64,000 nucleotides of DNA from Eledone cirrhosa (Eukaryota): contig OZ024743.1 in the NCBI GenBank assembly GCA_964016885.1, positions 170,624,001 through 170,688,000 of the forward strand, read 5' to 3'. Positions 52,106-63,134 of this stretch are shown here, piece by piece (position 1 is the stretch's first letter; each line of letters begins with the position of its first letter). A program made the position numbers and the translations under genes. A model generated the notes under the pieces. The model saw nothing but the letters and a program-made list of their open reading frames with translations, made no database searches and had not been told where the DNA came from.

Positions 52106-52132
52106 TATATATATATATATATATTTTTTTTT

Positions 52133-52339
52133 TTTTCATAAAATTATAGTATTGTCAGCGTGAAGTGAAGCTGTAAACAGCTGAATACTATATGTATAAT
52201 AAAAAGCCGGGTTAAGATATAACCACATATTGAACGGAGAGCTGGGTGGTTATATCTTAACCTGACTTTTTACTATACATATAGTATTCATCTGTTTACA
52301 GGTACCCTACGTGGTGAGAACACTACAATTTTATGAAAA
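52133..52339. repeat. Inverted repeat (about 94-bp arms) between (TA)n tracts
   Basis: 52133-52226 pairs with 52246-52339, e.g. ggttaagatataaccac / gtggttatatcttaacc. Confidence 0.88.
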
Positions 52340-52891
52340 TTCATATGCACTCACTGCTTCAAACCTCTTCAATTAATGTTTACATACACACATAAATATA
52401 TATATATCAAGATAGGTTTATTTGGGACTAACTATGATTGCAGAGATGTCGGTTTGTTAGGTGGGATATCACTCTAGCATTTAAATAATTTTATCTATTA
52501 GTTATAGCAATTGGTTTAGTCATTTCAGATTGTTTAATGTTTATTCTTATCAGAAACTGCATAATATGATAGCTCCAGCTTGAAAGAGTCCATCTTCCCC
52601 ATATTCATATTTAGAATAGGTTAGGTGTTGGGAAATATGGATGATGTCTGAGATAGGGATTATAGAGGATGTCTTAGTTCATTATTAGCTTTGTTTTAAT
52701 GAGTATATTAGTTACAAGTTTGGCATTTGATGGTCTTAACCACTAACTGTTTTGTTTATTGTTGGTTTTATTTTCAGAGTATATTATTTACGTATAGTGA
52801 CATTCAATAATTACTTTACATTTGTTCTCGGTATAACAACGTTCAGATTTATGTATTTGATGGTCCTATTTGCTTATTTACATATATATAT

Positions 52892-53296
52892 GAAGGCGCA
52901 TGGCTTAGTGGTTAGAACATTGGGCTTACAATCGAAAAGTTGTGAGTTCAATTCTCGGACCGGGTGATGTGCAAGACACTTTATTTCACATTATTCTAGT
53001 TTACTCAGGTCCCTATCATTCCACTGCAAAGTGGTCGTAGAGGTGCCATGGCAAAAAAGCCCCCAGCCCACACTGTAAAGTGGACATGTAGGCGCCAGGG
53101 AAAAAAAGCACCCAGCACTCACTGTAAATGAGGTTGGTGTTAGGAAGGGCATCCAGCTGTAGAAATCAAGCCAGAATCAGTTCCTGTATGGACAAGACAT
53201 GGTCACCTGACTTGACACTGCCCACAACAGGACAACGTGTCTAACCCATGCTAGCGTGGAAGAACAGACGTAAAACGGTGATGATGATGATGATGA
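52892..53296 (+). mobile_element. tRNA-headed SINE with RTE family A tail
   Basis: ggcgcatggcttagtggttaga...gagttcaattctc head, RTE 3' UTR body, and aacccatgctagcgtggaa...(gat)n tail. Confidence 0.85.
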
Positions 53297-53385
53297 ATAT
53301 AGACATACACACATCCCTATCTAATTAAATACAAAGTTGTCCAGTAATAAAGCCAATTGTCTCTCCAATTTGTTTCTCTTTCTAG

Positions 53386-53516
53386 ATTTCCCCAAAGAAC
53401 ATTGGTTAGAAGCAGTAAATGCTACCATAATTCTAATGCCAGATGAAAATCGAGAGGTGTTACAGTCACTTTTACTCTTCCTTCACGATATTTCCACAAC
53501 AGCTGAACACCACAAG
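53386..53516 (+). CDS. DLC1: DLC1/STARD13-family gene, exon C (RhoGAP)
   Basis: Acceptor ttctctttctAG and donor GTacga. Reads (H)FPKEHWLEAVNATIILMPDENREVLQSLLLFLHDISTTAEHHK. 131 nt, phase 1/0. Confidence 0.92.
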
Positions 53517-53619
53517 GTACGACTGCTTCACCTTCTATCATCTTGTTATTGTTATTAATTTTTTTATAATTTGTTTGTTTGGGGTTGGAGGGGCCAGCAG
53601 CAGTGGTTATGGTGGTGGT

Positions 53620-54880
53620 TAGCTTTTAGTTATTAATTTTGTGTTTAGATTTATTTAATTGTTTAATTCTTTGTATATAGATTGAGATGTGCATTGAAGA
53701 AATTCTGAGAATTGAATGAGGAAGCAGATTGTTTTGGTCCCATTTCAGAGGCTTCAGGACTTCAATGCTCAGCAGTATCTATTCAGTTGTCAGAGTAAAC
53801 AGCCACTCATTGGAACTGTTTAGATCACACAATAGTTCATCAACAATGCCCTCTCTTCTCCCTTCTATATGTGCTGACTTTTGAGTGGAAGTTGGAGCTT
53901 TTGAAGGGCATCCTGCTCTAAACAGGGCATGGAAGTGGTGCATCAAAATATGCAGACAGTGTCACCATGATGGTGTCAAACACCTTGAAAATCAGAATGG
54001 TCAGCAATTTCTTAAAAGTGTATGAAACATTGATCGAAGCAAAGATTAACCCAGAAGTCAGTGGGTTTGCAACTGGGAACCTTCAGAGGCAAGCCCATGT
54101 CATCTGGCAGTGTTGTTGGGTGCAAGGCGAGGTTTGGTTTGGTTTGGTTTGGTCCTGGCTTCCACAAATAAGTTGAGATGAAGCTATCTTGGAAAGATCA
54201 AACAGATGTGGCAAATACATACAACATTTCAGTTATATATTAACACCTGACTCAGAAGATTGGAGTATCTGCTCTTTCTCTTCTTGGGGAAGGGATGTAT
54301 TCCACTGGTCAGGTATTCCATCTGCTGCAAATGCCCTTTGCACAGAGGGCTCAGCATGCTGCAGCTACTGATGCACAAACATGCTCTGAGCATGTGCAAA
54401 TGTTCCTTGATAAACAGGTCTGGTTGTTATTTATCAAACTTTTTTTTCTGCAGATATTCTTTTTGACTAAGCTGCAGCCTTGAGTCAAGCAAAGACCGAG
54501 ACTGGGTATCTGGCATCTGGAATGTTGTCAGGCGCTCACTGCCCTCTTCTAGTTAGACAATGCAGTCAGTGGAAATTACATGTTAGTGTTCTATAGAGAA
54601 CAAGTGATGGGCAAGAGCAACAACATTCCTAGAAGGTAACTTTAGACATTGACCAAAATGAAATAATTATTCTGTTCAGAAGGACTTTCGGCACAGGGAC
54701 TATTGATAATTTCCAAAATTCCCAGTGCTGGTTCAAGTGCAGGGTGCACTGCTGGTTCAAGACAAACTCTACAATCTTGGAAATGCTTTCAGACAGGCCT
54801 GTCCAATGAAACCATTCTGCACACATCCAGTCTCCATGCATTGCTGACTTATTGAGTTTCATGAAACAGCTGTTGTTAAA
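53620..54880 (-). mobile_element. Old Tx1/L1-like RT remnant
   Basis: Minus-strand LDQCFIH.. and KLNKSAMH-type remnants, and an inverted junction with a + strand Tx1 3' end at 54880-55245. Heavily decayed. Confidence 0.45.
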
Positions 54881-55306
54881 TGCAGAACAGTTCCAGTTAT
54901 AGCAAAAGAGATTGTGTGGTGGATGAAACTGAAAGGACTGAAGACAAACAATTTCCTCATTGGCCTTTTCAAGTTTGAATTCAAAAGAATGGGCCTACTA
55001 TAAACATGCACCTGTAGGTTGGAGAGAAGAGGGGTGAGAGGAACACTTGCCTGTGGTGCCCTTTGTGATTGGGATGATATTGGACCTGTGGGGTTCCTTA
55101 ATTACTGATGCTCCCACCATACTGGTGAATTCTGTTGTTATTAATTTGTTACTTTTACATTTTTTTTTTACTTAATGAAAATTTCCACTGTCACAGTTTC
55201 TTTGTATTGCCATTAGAGTTTCAGCCCTGGTGACCAATAAAGAAATCCTTATTGATGTTATTTTTATTGTTATTGTTTATTAATATTATTATTATGTTTA
55301 TAACAG

Positions 55307-55495
55307 ATGACAGCAAGCAATCTGGCAGTGTGTTTTGCTCCCTCTCTGTTTAATATAGTCAGCCTGAAAAGTTCCAACAGTCCAAGTTTGTTGAGGAATA
55401 AGAAACAAGCAGGTGTTCCAGATTCCAAGGAAGTGTTAGAACCTGCGCACGAATGTCTTGTTTTCATGATTGATAACTCTAAATCTCTTTTCTCA
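55307..55495 (+). CDS. DLC1: DLC1/STARD13-family gene, exon D (end of RhoGAP)
   Basis: Acceptor taacAG and donor GTgagt. Reads MTASNLAVCFAPSLFNIVSLK...PDSKEVLEPAHECLVFMIDNSKSLFS, including the GAP 'MT..NLAVC.APSL' motif. 189 nt, phase 0/0. Confidence 0.93.
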
Positions 55496-55777
55496 GTGAG
55501 TAATATTTATATGTATGCGTGTGTGTGTCTATATATATATATACTTCGTTTTTGAATTTGTTTTGCAAGATTTCTTATCTGAAAACGTGTGTTGAAACAA
55601 ATATTGTTATATTTTGGGAGGGTCATGCTGCCAATAAAAACACATGCACCTGTTGGTTTTCACTTCAATTTATTATAAATTTCCAGTTGGTCAGTTTGAT
55701 AACTGGATGGGTGTTTATATATTTCCAAAGCTCTTTTGTCACAGTGACTGGGTTTTTATTTTGTGTCTATTTATTAT

Positions 55778-56120
55778 GGAGGCACATGGCTTAGTGGTTA
55801 GAGCATTGGCCTTGCAATCGAAAGGTTGTGAGTTCAATTCTCAGACCGGGTGATGTGTTGTTTCCTTGAGCAAGACACTTTATTTCACATTGCTCCAGTT
55901 TACTCAGCTGTAGAAATGAGATGATAGGGACTGGGGTCCATATCATTCCACTGCAAAGTGGTCGTGGAGGTGCCACGGCAAAAAAGCACCCAGCACTCAC
56001 TGTAAATGAGGTTGGTGTTAGGAAGGGCATCCAGCTGTAGAAATCAAGCCAGCATCAGTTCCCGTCCCACCCTTGCAAGCAGGGAAAAAGCAGACGTAAA
56101 ATGAAATGATGATGATGATG
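55778..56120 (+). mobile_element. tRNA-headed SINE with RTE family B tail
   Basis: Same head as the 52892 SINE. Ends cccacccttgcaagcagggaaaaagcagacgtaaaatgaaa(tga)n. Confidence 0.88.
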
Positions 56121-56419
56121 TCTCTCCTACACCATCTTAATATATGATGTCTCTCCTACACCATCTTATAAACAACCATCCGGTTATTGAAACAACCAAC
56201 CAACCGGAAATTGAAATGAAAAGCAACAGGTGCATGTGTTATTATTGGCAGCATGACCTTCCCAAAGTATAACAATATATATATATATAGGAAAATGTTC
56301 AAGATACCAACGGCAGAGCTCAAGTCGTTTCGACGGCTATTTCTGGACTCAAGTGTTGAGTACTCTGGTGTGTTATGGTCCACCTGGTTCCTTACCACAC
56401 TTCCTTCGTTATATATATG

Positions 56420-57010
56420 TGTATATGTAGCAATATCTGTAGATGTGAAAAGGAAAAAGAAAGCAGTGCCCAATTGGAAAGAAAGCAGAAATATTATATA
56501 TTTATGTTCATACATGGAACAAAGGTACTACCTAATGTTTCAAGGACTTAATTTGACCATACCTCCAGAAAATAAGAGGCATCAAAATATTGGCCTTTCT
56601 TCTAGCACTAATACGAGTTTATAAGATAACGTTAAAAGTAAATTTTGCTAAGAACACATGTTTATGAAAGATAACATCATAAAACAAAGGGAAATAACTC
56701 CAAGCTATTTGTTGAATATTTCCACCTAGAAAGCAATTGAGTTTTGGGATGGAGACATTCTCTAAAAATGTCTGTCTTTGAGTTCAAGTAAATATTGTTC
56801 GGAGATGACAAACCTTGTAATATCCTAAATTTCTCACTCACATGGAGATCACATTTCTTGGTACCGTTGGTGTAAGGCCTGGATCTTTCAATTACTTTCA
56901 AGATATCTTATGTGGGACTCCTTTCTCCTTTAATTGCCAGAGTTTTTTAGTCTGACTGTACTGGTTCTCATATCAGGATTCTTGAAGGAATAGAGATGCA
57001 TGTAAAAACA
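56420..57010 (-). mobile_element. Penelope-like element 3' end (GIY-YIG C-terminus)
   Basis: ORF 56677-56901 KVIERSRPYTNGTKKCDLHVSEKFRIL...LNSKTDIFRECLHPK. Confidence 0.78.
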
Positions 57011-57224
57011 TTGTTTAAAACAATCTTATTGCTACATATACATATTGTTCCTATGTAGATTTTTTGCTCAGGCCTTCAGATTTTTTCGACTGACTTGCAT
57101 ATTTCTACCCATTTTGTTGAGACTTAGGATACTTTTACCACTACTACATATGGACCTATACAAGATTAACTATTTAACCAAAAACATACTGACACCTACC
57201 AACACATCTTATACCAACAAACAT

Positions 57225-57535
57225 TCTAATTTGGTCACCCAGATAGCAGAAGCTGTCTACTGTTTCTACCGAACCCTCCCAGAATTTGATAGTGCTTGTT
57301 TCCTGTGGTCGTTTGCTGCTTACTGTCCCAGTGGAACTGCTACATGTAAAGCCTACATTCTTAGCTAAACTTCCTGAGATCCCACTACATCTTTTGTGTA
57401 CCCACTTGGGGCAGTGGATGGAATTTCTACTTATACCTTTCCTATATACTGAGCAAGGCCATTTCCTTGAGGGGATCAGGATTCTGTTTTATCTTGTCGG
57501 GTTGATTTTAAGACCCCTTGTTTCTAGAGCCTGCT
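57225..57535 (-). mobile_element. RTE LINE internal fragment
   Basis: Matches the 48085-48420 region (Cys-rich segment after the RT). Confidence 0.75.
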
Positions 57536-57863
57536 TAGTGTCAAAAGGTGGTAATGCTGGTACGACAATAAAATCTATGCTGTCCACTCTGTAAAGTGGT
57601 GGTGCTACACCACAATAAAAGTGAATCCAGCTCAATCAGTAAGGTAGTAGTGGCAGTGCCACAATGAAATGCACCTGATACATGCCTTGAAGTGGTTGGC
57701 ATTAAGGGCATCCAGCCATAGAAACCATAGCAGAATGAAACATATGAACAAGACACAGTCATCTATCCTGTCTAACCTCAGAACATGACAATCCATCTAA
57801 CAAGGGTGGAAAATAGACATTAATTAGTGATAATAATGTTTGTTTTTTCTGTGCATCATTTAG

Positions 57864-57998
57864 GTATCACAAGAAACGATAGCTAAATGCAGGTTCTCTG
57901 CCAGTGATATAAACAGCCCGATGGAAATTAAAGACTTTGATCTGGTAAATGGCAAACCAAACCTTTTCATTGATAAACATTATCAAGTTTTATTTAAG
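57864..57998 (+). CDS. DLC1: DLC1/STARD13-family gene, exon E (GAP-START linker)
   Basis: Acceptor catttAG and donor GTaaga. Reads VSQETIAKCRFSASDINSPMEIKDFDLVNGKPNLFIDKHYQVLFK, similar to the DLC1 linker. 135 nt, phase 0/0, open frame. Confidence 0.85.
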
Positions 57999-59504
57999 GT
58001 AAGACTTGTATTTCCCATTTAAAAATTATTTCAGTAAATTTTTAAATCACAATGATTTTTTTATCTTGCTATTTTTTTAACAATATTTTATATCTACTGT
58101 TTTTTTACCATTTTGTGATTATCATTTTGCTATGGGCACAATGGAGGTTGTGTTGTCAAGTAGTTTTCTTTGCAACCATATGGTCCAGGATTTAATTCCA
58201 CTGCATGGCACCTGAGACAAGTGTCACCTGCCATAACCTTGGAGTCTTCAAAACTCTATCAGGGAAATATGGTAAACAAGAACTTTGTGTGTATCAGTGT
58301 AGGATGGTCAAAATCAATGCACCTAATGAATAAATATATTCATCTCAGTTGTTACAGCTCTTTAAACTCAGTTCACATTGCTTTTCATCCTCAACTAAGG
58401 TCAATAAAATGAGTACAACTAAAATAACTGGGATCAATGTAATTGACTAAAAACCATTGAAAGCTGTACTTCAGCATGTCCACAGTCAAAGGATTAAAAC
58501 AAATCAAAGAAGGCTCAAAGATTAGTAGTAAATCTTATGTCATAATATTAGTTTATGTATTATATATTTATTATATCTTGCATGATAATAGTTGTAAAAT
58601 GCCAGCTAGCAAACAAGCAAAATCTTCATGAGCCCCACAATGGAACTTCTATATGGTTACTCAACCTGCTAGAAATAGCAGTCAAATTACCTCAAATCAC
58701 ACCCTGCCATCTAAGAATAAAAGAGGGACACATTGGTCAGTGTAGTCCTCCATATAGAAAAAGATGTAATATCATATTCTGTTATATTAATTATCAAAAA
58801 TCACATATACGCCCAAAGTATTCATCATCATCATTTTCCCTGTTAGCAACGGTTGGGGTAATCACAGACCACATTAGTACTTAGTTGGAACTATTGATCT
58901 TTCAGATAGATCAGGGGCTAAATCTCACATATGATCCCTCACTCTTGTGTATACTTGGTGCATTTTATTATAGCACCAACACTAGGTAAGTTGTCATGTT
59001 TATGACACAACTGAAGAGTCACTTCGACCTTTTGTGTGGTAAGTTTTCTATGGTTGGATGCCCTTCCTATCACCAACTAATCTGCAGAATGTACTGAATG
59101 TACACTAGAGAGGTTGTCATGTCTTTGGCACAACTAAAGAGGCCTCTGAATTTATTTTTGGCATGGTTTCTATGGCCTTTCCTATCACCAAACACTTTAC
59201 AGGTATAGTGGGTACAACATTTGTGGTACCACCAAGAACTCTAGTGAGTTCTTGTACCATGACTAAAGAGTCTTCTCAACTCTTTTGGCATGGCATCTAT
59301 GACCATTCCTAACACCAACTACTTTACAGAGTGTACTGAGTATATTTTAACATGGCACTAGCACTAAGGAGGTTGTCTGTCATTGACTTGATTGAAAAGC
59401 CCTCCCTCTCTACCCTATAAGCAAGATGGATGATAGGCATGTTGTCCTGGATAAGTAAGTGATAATGGGTGGGAGGATGACAAGTATGATGTCATGGGTG
59501 TATA

Positions 59505-59695
59505 TCATCATCATCATCGTTTAATGTCCATCTTCCACGCTAGCATGGATTGGACGGGTTTGTCCCACTTGAGGCAAGATTGGTCGGGTGACCGTGTCTC
59601 GCTCGTACAGAACTGTTTTTGGCAGGATGCCCTTCCTAACACCAACCACATTTACAGTGGAGACTTTTTACCATGTCTCCTACATGACCACATTA
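59505..59695 (-). mobile_element. RTE 3' tail fragment
   Basis: (cat)n cgtttaatgtccatcttccacgctagcatgg... is the reverse complement of 1790-1955. Confidence 0.8.
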
Positions 59696-59806
59696 CAATT
59701 AAAAATTGTCTGTGTGTTAATTACCAAAGGTTTATCTATAAAACCCTAATATCAAACCTGTCTCTGTCATATTTAAACGTGTAATATTTAGTTTTTCACT
59801 TTTCAG

Positions 59807-59964
59807 GAATCCCGTGACAAATTCCGTAGCTGGAACCTGTGTTCATCTGTCAACGGAATAGATATAGCCTACAAGAAAACAGATGATTTGCTACGACAAT
59901 GGTTATGTCTCACTGAGGTAGAAGCCCCTCCTGAAGAAGTCTTGAACAGAATTCTCACAGAAAG
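59807..59964 (+). CDS. DLC1: DLC1/STARD13-family gene, exon F (start of START domain)
   Basis: Acceptor cacttttcAG. Reads ESRDKFRSWNLCSSVNGIDIAYKKTDDLLRQWLCLTEVEAPPEEVLNRILTE(R), matching the DLC1 START N-terminus. The donor AG|GTcatc at 59965 is weak, so the 3' boundary is less certain. The remaining START exons were not found in the window. Confidence 0.87.
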
Positions 59965-60461
59965 GTCATCTTTTTCTTTGTCTCAAGCCAATATCAATAG
60001 ACCTCCATCAATTTCAATGATGAGTGTTCTATTTATTCCTAGTGCTGCTTCCCACATATTTTCTAGCTTTTTGCCTAAATTTGAAATCATTATTTAGGAT
60101 GGTTTTATCCATTTGAAATCGATTAAAAAAAGTACCAGTCTAGTACAGGAGTCGATTTTTCCTTTATATCTCTTTCTCACTTCCATTCCCTTACTCTCTA
60201 TTTTGTTCTGGAAGAAATCAGCTGTATTCTGAGCTGGATAGATGAGCTACGTCAGGTTAAAAATGCCATATGTCAATATGGCGGGGCCATGCAGACAGGC
60301 GGAATCATTAGAGCATTGAACAAAATGCTGTGCAGTATTTGTTCTGGCTCATTAGGTTCTAAGTTCAAATCCCACTGAGGTCAAATTTACCTTTCATCCT
60401 TTCAGGGTTAATAAAATAAATAGAGTACCAATCAGGTGCTGGAATCAATATTATTGACTTT

Positions 60462-60799
60462 CATCATCATCATCATTTCATTTTACGTCCGCTTTTCCCT
60501 GCTTGCAAGGGTGGGACGGGAACTGATGCTGGCTTGATTTCTACAGCTGGATGCCCTTCCTAACACCAACCTCATTTACAGTGAGTGCTGGGTGCTTTTT
60601 TTCCGTGGCACCTCCACGTCCACTTTACAGTGGAATGATATGGACCCCAGTCCCTATCATCTCATCTACAGCTGAGTAAACTGGAGCAATGTGAAATAAA
60701 GTGTCTTGCTCAAGGAAACAACACATCGCCCGGCCTGAGAATTGAACTCACAACCTTTCGATTGCAAGACCAATGCTCTAACCACTAAGCCATGTGCCT
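60462..60799 (-). mobile_element. tRNA-headed SINE, near-identical inverted copy of 55778-56120, nested in another SINE
   Basis: Reverse complement of the 55778 SINE over its whole length. It interrupts an older SINE at about 60290-60850. Confidence 0.9.
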
Positions 60800-60864
60800 T
60801 TCTTTCTTTCAAATTGCTGGCTTTGTACTAATGTTAGAAAGAATTATTATTATCATCATCATCA

Positions 60865-61322
60865 AGGCAGTAGATTGGCAGAATTATTAGAGCATTGGAC
60901 AAAATGCCCTCCAGTATTTATTTACTCGTTTTTATTTTATGAATTCAAATCTCACCTAGGTCAATGTAATTTACTCATCCGAGCTCTCAAATTACAGTCC
61001 TTGCACCTAAATTAGAGACCATTATTAATATCATCACGATCTGAGTTCATATCCCGCCGAGATTGACTTTGCCTTTCATCCTTACGGGGTCGATAAAATA
61101 AAGTACCAGTAATGCACTGGATAATTGCTGGACTTGTGCCTAACGTAGAAACAATTATTAATATCATCATTGTCAGCATAGAGTTACGGCTCTTTGTGGT
61201 CTGAGTGCAAATCCCGCCAAGGTTAACTTTGCCTTTCATCCTTACAGGGTCGATAAAATAAAGCACCGGTTAGGCACTGTGATAATTGCTGACCTTGTGC
61301 CAAAAGTAGAAACAATTATATA
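60865..61322 (+). mobile_element. Cluster of SINE fragments
   Basis: Repeated gactttgcctttcatccttac.gggtcgataaaataaag...ttgtgcc..aagtagaaacaatt units. Confidence 0.75.
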
Positions 61323-61325
61323 TTA

Positions 61326-61973
61326 GGAATAAGAGGGATCAGATGTTGTTTACTCGAGAGAAGACTACGTTGGTACGGTCACGTGATGTGCATGAAAGAC
61401 GACAGCTGTATAAAAAAGTGCAGGGCGATAAAAATAGACGGTAGCCACGGAGTAGGCAGACCCAGAAAAACCTGGGACGACTTGATAAATTCCGACCTCA
61501 CACACTTACACCTCTCCAAGACAATGTCACTGGACCGAGATCTTTGGCGCTACACAGTAATAGAGAAGACCCGCCTTGCCTAAGTACAAAGTGAAACCTA
61601 CAGTCAGTAGGCGCCTCTAACAAAATACACCCCCCGTCCCACTACCCCCACCCCATCCACACCACCCCCTTCAATGTGAAGTTATGTTGGTACCACAACA
61701 TCCAGTCCAAAACAAATGAGGTCGTGTAGGTGTCACAACAAAAAAACACAGTCCACGCTGTAATGTGGCCGTGTAGGTAACACGGTAAAAACCTCCCAGT
61801 CCACACTGTAAACGTGGTTGGTGTTAGGAAGGGCATCCAGCCATAGAAAACCCGCCAGACAGTCCTATACGAGCAAGACAACCAATCTTGCCTCAAGTGG
61901 GACAATTCCCATCCAGACCCATGCTAGCGTGGAAAATGGACGTTAAACGATGATGATGATGATGATGATGATG

Positions 61974-61975
<2 letters not shown>
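61326..61975 (+). mobile_element. RTE LINE 3' fragment (family A)
   Basis: Near-identical to 35595-36247 (MKDDSCIKKCRAIKIDGS.GVGRPRKTWDDLINSDL), with (GAT)n tail. Confidence 0.9.
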
Positions 61976-61998
<23 letters not shown>

Positions 61999-62006
<8 letters not shown>

Positions 62007-62119
62007 AGTAAAATGACAGGAGGCTGGACTGGTGAAATCCCTTCAAAGATTTATTAATATATAATAAATCTTTGAAGGAATTTCACCAGTCCAGCCTCCT
62101 GTTATTTTACTCAATAATA
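61999..62119. repeat. Inverted repeat (about 58-bp arms) adjoining (TA)n
   Basis: 61999-62056 pairs with 62062-62119 (caggaggctggactggtgaaat / atttcaccagtccagcctcctg). Confidence 0.9.
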
Positions 62120-63079
62120 ATTAACTCTGTTCTCGCACCACCAACAAGATTCAACATAAACGAAGATGGATGAGTTGCATTACGTCGAGTGCTTTTTCCT
62201 AATATTACATCACAGTTGACTATACGGAATGACCAGTTCTATCCAGTCATGAACCAACAAACCTAAATGAAAATATATATTATATATATACTACTAAAAC
62301 TCTTTGATTGATTGCTTGCTTGTCTGTAATGTAATACAGCCAAAAGAATGCATAATGGGAAAATACTTTGAAAGGAAGTTGACCCTGAAATGGGAATACA
62401 AATGGAATAAAACAAGTTATGTGTAAATCGGAGCACGGGTTCCCAAGATATGGGTTTTTCCGGATACCTTCATAAACAGAGAGAGAGAGAAAGATAGAGA
62501 GAAAGAGATAGTGGTTGTGAGAGAGTAGATTGAAAGAGGGAGAGGAGACAGAGAAGGACAATGAAAGAGAGAGAGCTAGTGGAGTTATGTATATATATAT
62601 ATATGTGAGTGTGTGTGTCTATGACCAGTGTATATAGATCACAGACACCCACATATATATATATATATATACATACACACGTATATTTATGGGCCTTCCA
62701 GTTTCATTCCACATTATATACATGTCTGTTTATTTTAATTATTTAAAAATTATTTTTAAGTGAACATGATTTTTTTTTTATATTTTGAAGTAAACGTGAC
62801 CCAACGGGTCATGGGTGGTCTAGTATAAAATAAAATTAGAATTTTATTTCTCACCCTAACACAGCTGATACATGAATGTAAGTAAGCACATGTATACATA
62901 TATATATATACACACACACACATATATATATATGTACATACACACATATATATATATATGTACGTATGGGTTATATTGAACATTAATAATAATGTTCAAT
63001 TTGTTTATAAACAAACGGCCCAATTTGAAGCTATGCCGTGCTGTGTACCAATCGTCACCTGTTTGTTCAACATGGCTTT

Positions 63080-63134
63080 GAGGAACAATCAACATGTTTC
63101 TCTGTCATTACCCTTCATCAGGACTGTATACCTC
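63080..63134 (-). ncRNA. Minimal type I hammerhead ribozyme motif, probably decayed
   Basis: Minus strand GAGGUAUACAGUC-CUGAUGA-AGGGUAAUGACAGA-GAAAC-AU-GUU-GAUUGUUCCUC. The core boxes are intact, stem I pairs (ACAGUC/GAUUGU, GAGG/CCUC) and stem III is the palindrome ACAUGU. Stem II does not pair. Confidence 0.55.
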
